DNA of 36,925 bases. It comes from Octopus bimaculoides (Eukaryota). Positions within the stretch are counted from its first letter, which is position 1. Every line of letters starts with the position of its first letter. The position numbers were made by a program, and so were the translations under genes. Under the pieces are notes generated by a model, which worked only from the letters and a program-made list of their open reading frames with translations, was not told the DNA's origin and did no database searches. Below, piece after piece: positions 34,253 to 36,925 of this stretch. Location: the NCBI RefSeq assembly GCF_001194135.2, contig NC_068988.1, positions 22,194,259-22,231,183 of the forward strand, given 5' to 3'.

Positions 34253-34610
34253 AGGCGCAGGTATAGCTGTGTGGTAAGAAGCTTGCTTCCCAACCACATG
34301 GTTCCGGGTTCAGACTCACTGCATGGCACCTTGGGACCTAAGCCTTGTGAGTGGATCTGGTAGACGGAAACTGAAAGAAGCCTGTCGTGTATATATATTT
34401 ATGTGTACGTGTTTTTGTATCTGTGTTTGTCTCTCCACCATCGTTTGGTAACCGATGTTGCTGTGTTTACGCCCTTGTAACGTAGCAGTTCGGTAAAAGA
34501 CACCGATAGAATAAGTACTAGGCTTACAAAAAATAAATCCCGGCGTTGATTTCTTCGACTAAAGGTGGTGCTCCAGCACGGCCGCTTTCAAATGACTGAA
34601 ACGTGTAAAG
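34253..34610 (+). mobile_element. tRNA-headed SINE (family B) with short internal deletion
   Basis: AGGCGCAGGTATAGCTGTGTGGTAAGAAGCTTGCTTCCCAACCACATGGTTCCGGGTTCAGAC...; tail AAATGACTGAAAC. Relative to the 14855-15251 copy it lacks about 28 nt after CCTTGGG. Confidence 0.88.
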
Positions 34611-36882
34611 TTCCTGACAAAAATTAGCATAACGAAGCGAAAGAAATAGCTGATGAAGAAATCCCCTCGTGCACAAGCCTCATAATATCATCTGTGTATT
34701 TAAATACTAGATCCGAGAAAATCAATAAATGCCGTTACTTCGGAAAACATTTTCGAATAAGCTACAATGTGGCCACCCACCTGATTGATAAAATTAAAAT
34801 GAAGCTATTTAAGAATACTTTACCGAAACATTTTCGTACCTTCTAGTGACATCCTTTATTCGCAAACTTTACATTTTATATCCGCAATATGAGTAATCTT
34901 TTAATGTAATATTGTATACTAAATTGGGTGACATTCTTTACTACCAAGTCAATCCGATACTTATTTTTTACAATTGTACTTCGTTATTAAAGTGAAATAT
35001 TATCACTAGAACTTAATTTACACATAAGCACATTTTCTTATCTATTGCCCGGCTAAGGGATAAAATTCACTCTAAACCCGGCAGAACTAAATGTTGATAT
35101 TCCTTACACCAGTTTGCCGTTCAAAAATTCCCCGACTATTGTGAAGAAGGGTATTTCAGAGTACTACTTATATATTTCTTATATATATCTTAACATTTAT
35201 ATTCTTAGTGAATTATAGAGAAATGCCATAACCAAATTATTTATGTTATTACTGCATGCCACATTCTATAAAGTAAATTAGTTTTGTGTGACTTGATGGT
35301 TTAATGAGCGTTGATAATTATGCTTTCTATAATCAGCTGCAAAACGAAATGTTACTTTTCCATTGAGCAGTTCTCTACCGACTGCTTGTTGCTTCGTCAA
35401 CATATTGACGCTATGCAAGATTGCAATAAGCTACATAATGCAATCGGTAAATCGGAGCACGTTTCTGCACATGTAGTGTGTTTAACTTTTTTGGGAGGAG
35501 GGTTACGGAAATACTCCATCAGATGAAACTCGAAGGCAAAACGTATAACTTTAACTTAGTAACCTAGAAATATATCTAATTCTTCTATAAAAATTCAGTA
35601 TTAAGATTTTGCTAATATAAAAAAAAAAATATATATACCATCTACTCTTTTTCTCTGCGATCATCTGCCACNNNNNNNNNNNNNNNNNNNNNNNNNNNNN
35701 NNNNNNNNNNNNNNNNNNNNNNNNNNNNNNNNNNNNNNNNNNNNNNNNNNNNNNNNNNNNNNNNNNNNNNNNNNNNNNNNNNNNNNNNNNNNNNNNNNNN
35801 NNNNNNNNNNNNNNNNNNNNNNNNNNNNNNNNNNNNNNNNNNNNNNNNNNNNNNNNNNNNNNNNNNNNNNNNNNNNNNNNNNNNNNNNNNNNNNNNNNNN
35901 NNNNNNNNNNNNNNNNNNNNNNNNNNNNNNNNNNNNNNNNNNNNNNNNNNNNNNNNNNNNNNNNNNNNNNNNNNNNNNNNNNNNNNNNNNNNNNNNNNNN
36001 NNNNNNNNNNNNNNNNNNNNNNNNNNNNNNNNNNNNNNNNNNNNNNNNNNNNNNNNNNNNNNNNNNNNNNNNNNNNNNNNNNNNNNNNNNNNNNNNNNNN
36101 NNNNNNNNNNNNNNNNNNNNNNNNNNNNNNNNNNNNNNNNNNNNNNNNNNNNNNNNNNNNNNNNATATATATATATATATATACATGCATATTTATAGCT
36201 ATAGAAATAAAAACATTCTAACATGCGTTTGAGCGAGAATGGGTTTATGTATTTGTCGATGTGTGATCAGTAGAGCACATAGGTACGTGAGGTGTGTATG
36301 CACGCTATTCTTTGTGTCTGTGTGTCTGTGTGACTGTGTGTCTGTGTAGTGTGTGTGTGGATGTGTGTGTGTGTGTGTGTATGTGTGTGTGTGTTTGCGT
36401 ATGTGTGTCCTTGTGCCTGTGAGTGTGTATCAAAATCGAATATTAAATTTGAAAGACAATAATAACTTGCGAGACAGATAGTTGGGAATCTAAATTGAGT
36501 TATAATTAGATATATATATATATATNNNNNNNNNNNNNNNNNNNNNNNNNNNNNNNNNNNNNNNNNNNNNNNNNNNNNNNNNNNNNNNNNNNNNNNNNNN
36601 NNNNNNNNNNNNNNNNNNNNNNNNNCATACATAGATACACTGACGTACACAACCGCATTCAAGCGAATGCCAATATCTACGTACAGACATGTCAGTAAGT
36701 ATATACTCATATCAAGAATACATTAATCAGACGCCACGAGCACAGATGTTTTTTAGAAGAATTTACTTCAGAACATGCCGTTGGTGGTCCTACTGTGCAA
36801 TGTGGAGTCTCCAAGGTCGAAAACAGAGACGGTACAATCGACTATACATAGACGTGACACAACGTGGAACGATAATATATAC

Positions 36883-36884
<2 letters not shown>

Positions 36885-36925
<41 letters not shown>
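36885..36925. repeat. (CA)n at window end
   Basis: Read directly. Confidence 0.95.

Overview
Repeat-dominated eukaryotic draft sequence with about 17 N-gaps, a very high microsatellite load and an AT-rich background. The SINE families and repeat landscape suggest an octopus/coleoid cephalopod genome (inference, not verified). No intact protein-coding gene, rRNA, tRNA gene or CRISPR array is visible, and nearly all ORFs in the supplied track are microsatellite or N-gap artefacts. Supported content: (1) decayed retroelement coding remnants: a Penelope-like GIY-YIG domain (2870-3290), R4/Dong-clade pieces (10430-10935; 17735-18410, internally rearranged) and two RTE-clade 3' ends, each with two C2H2-like fingers (7900-8200; 28985-29650); (2) a Tc1/mariner (maT-like) transposase in two colinear pieces (20877-21150; 23415-23923); (3) three tRNA-type SINE families, one forming head-to-tail chains joined repeatedly at the same nucleotide of its A-box; (4) two diverged copies of an element that folds as a type I hammerhead ribozyme with a shared U4C core variant and a long stem II insert (15436-15541 +; 24220-24324 -), plus a second minimal hammerhead-like motif (15710-15745 -); (5) tentative small minus-strand exons encoding a signal-peptide-like N-terminus (22513-22475, 22224-22181). 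The hammerhead-fold family is the most promising lead.
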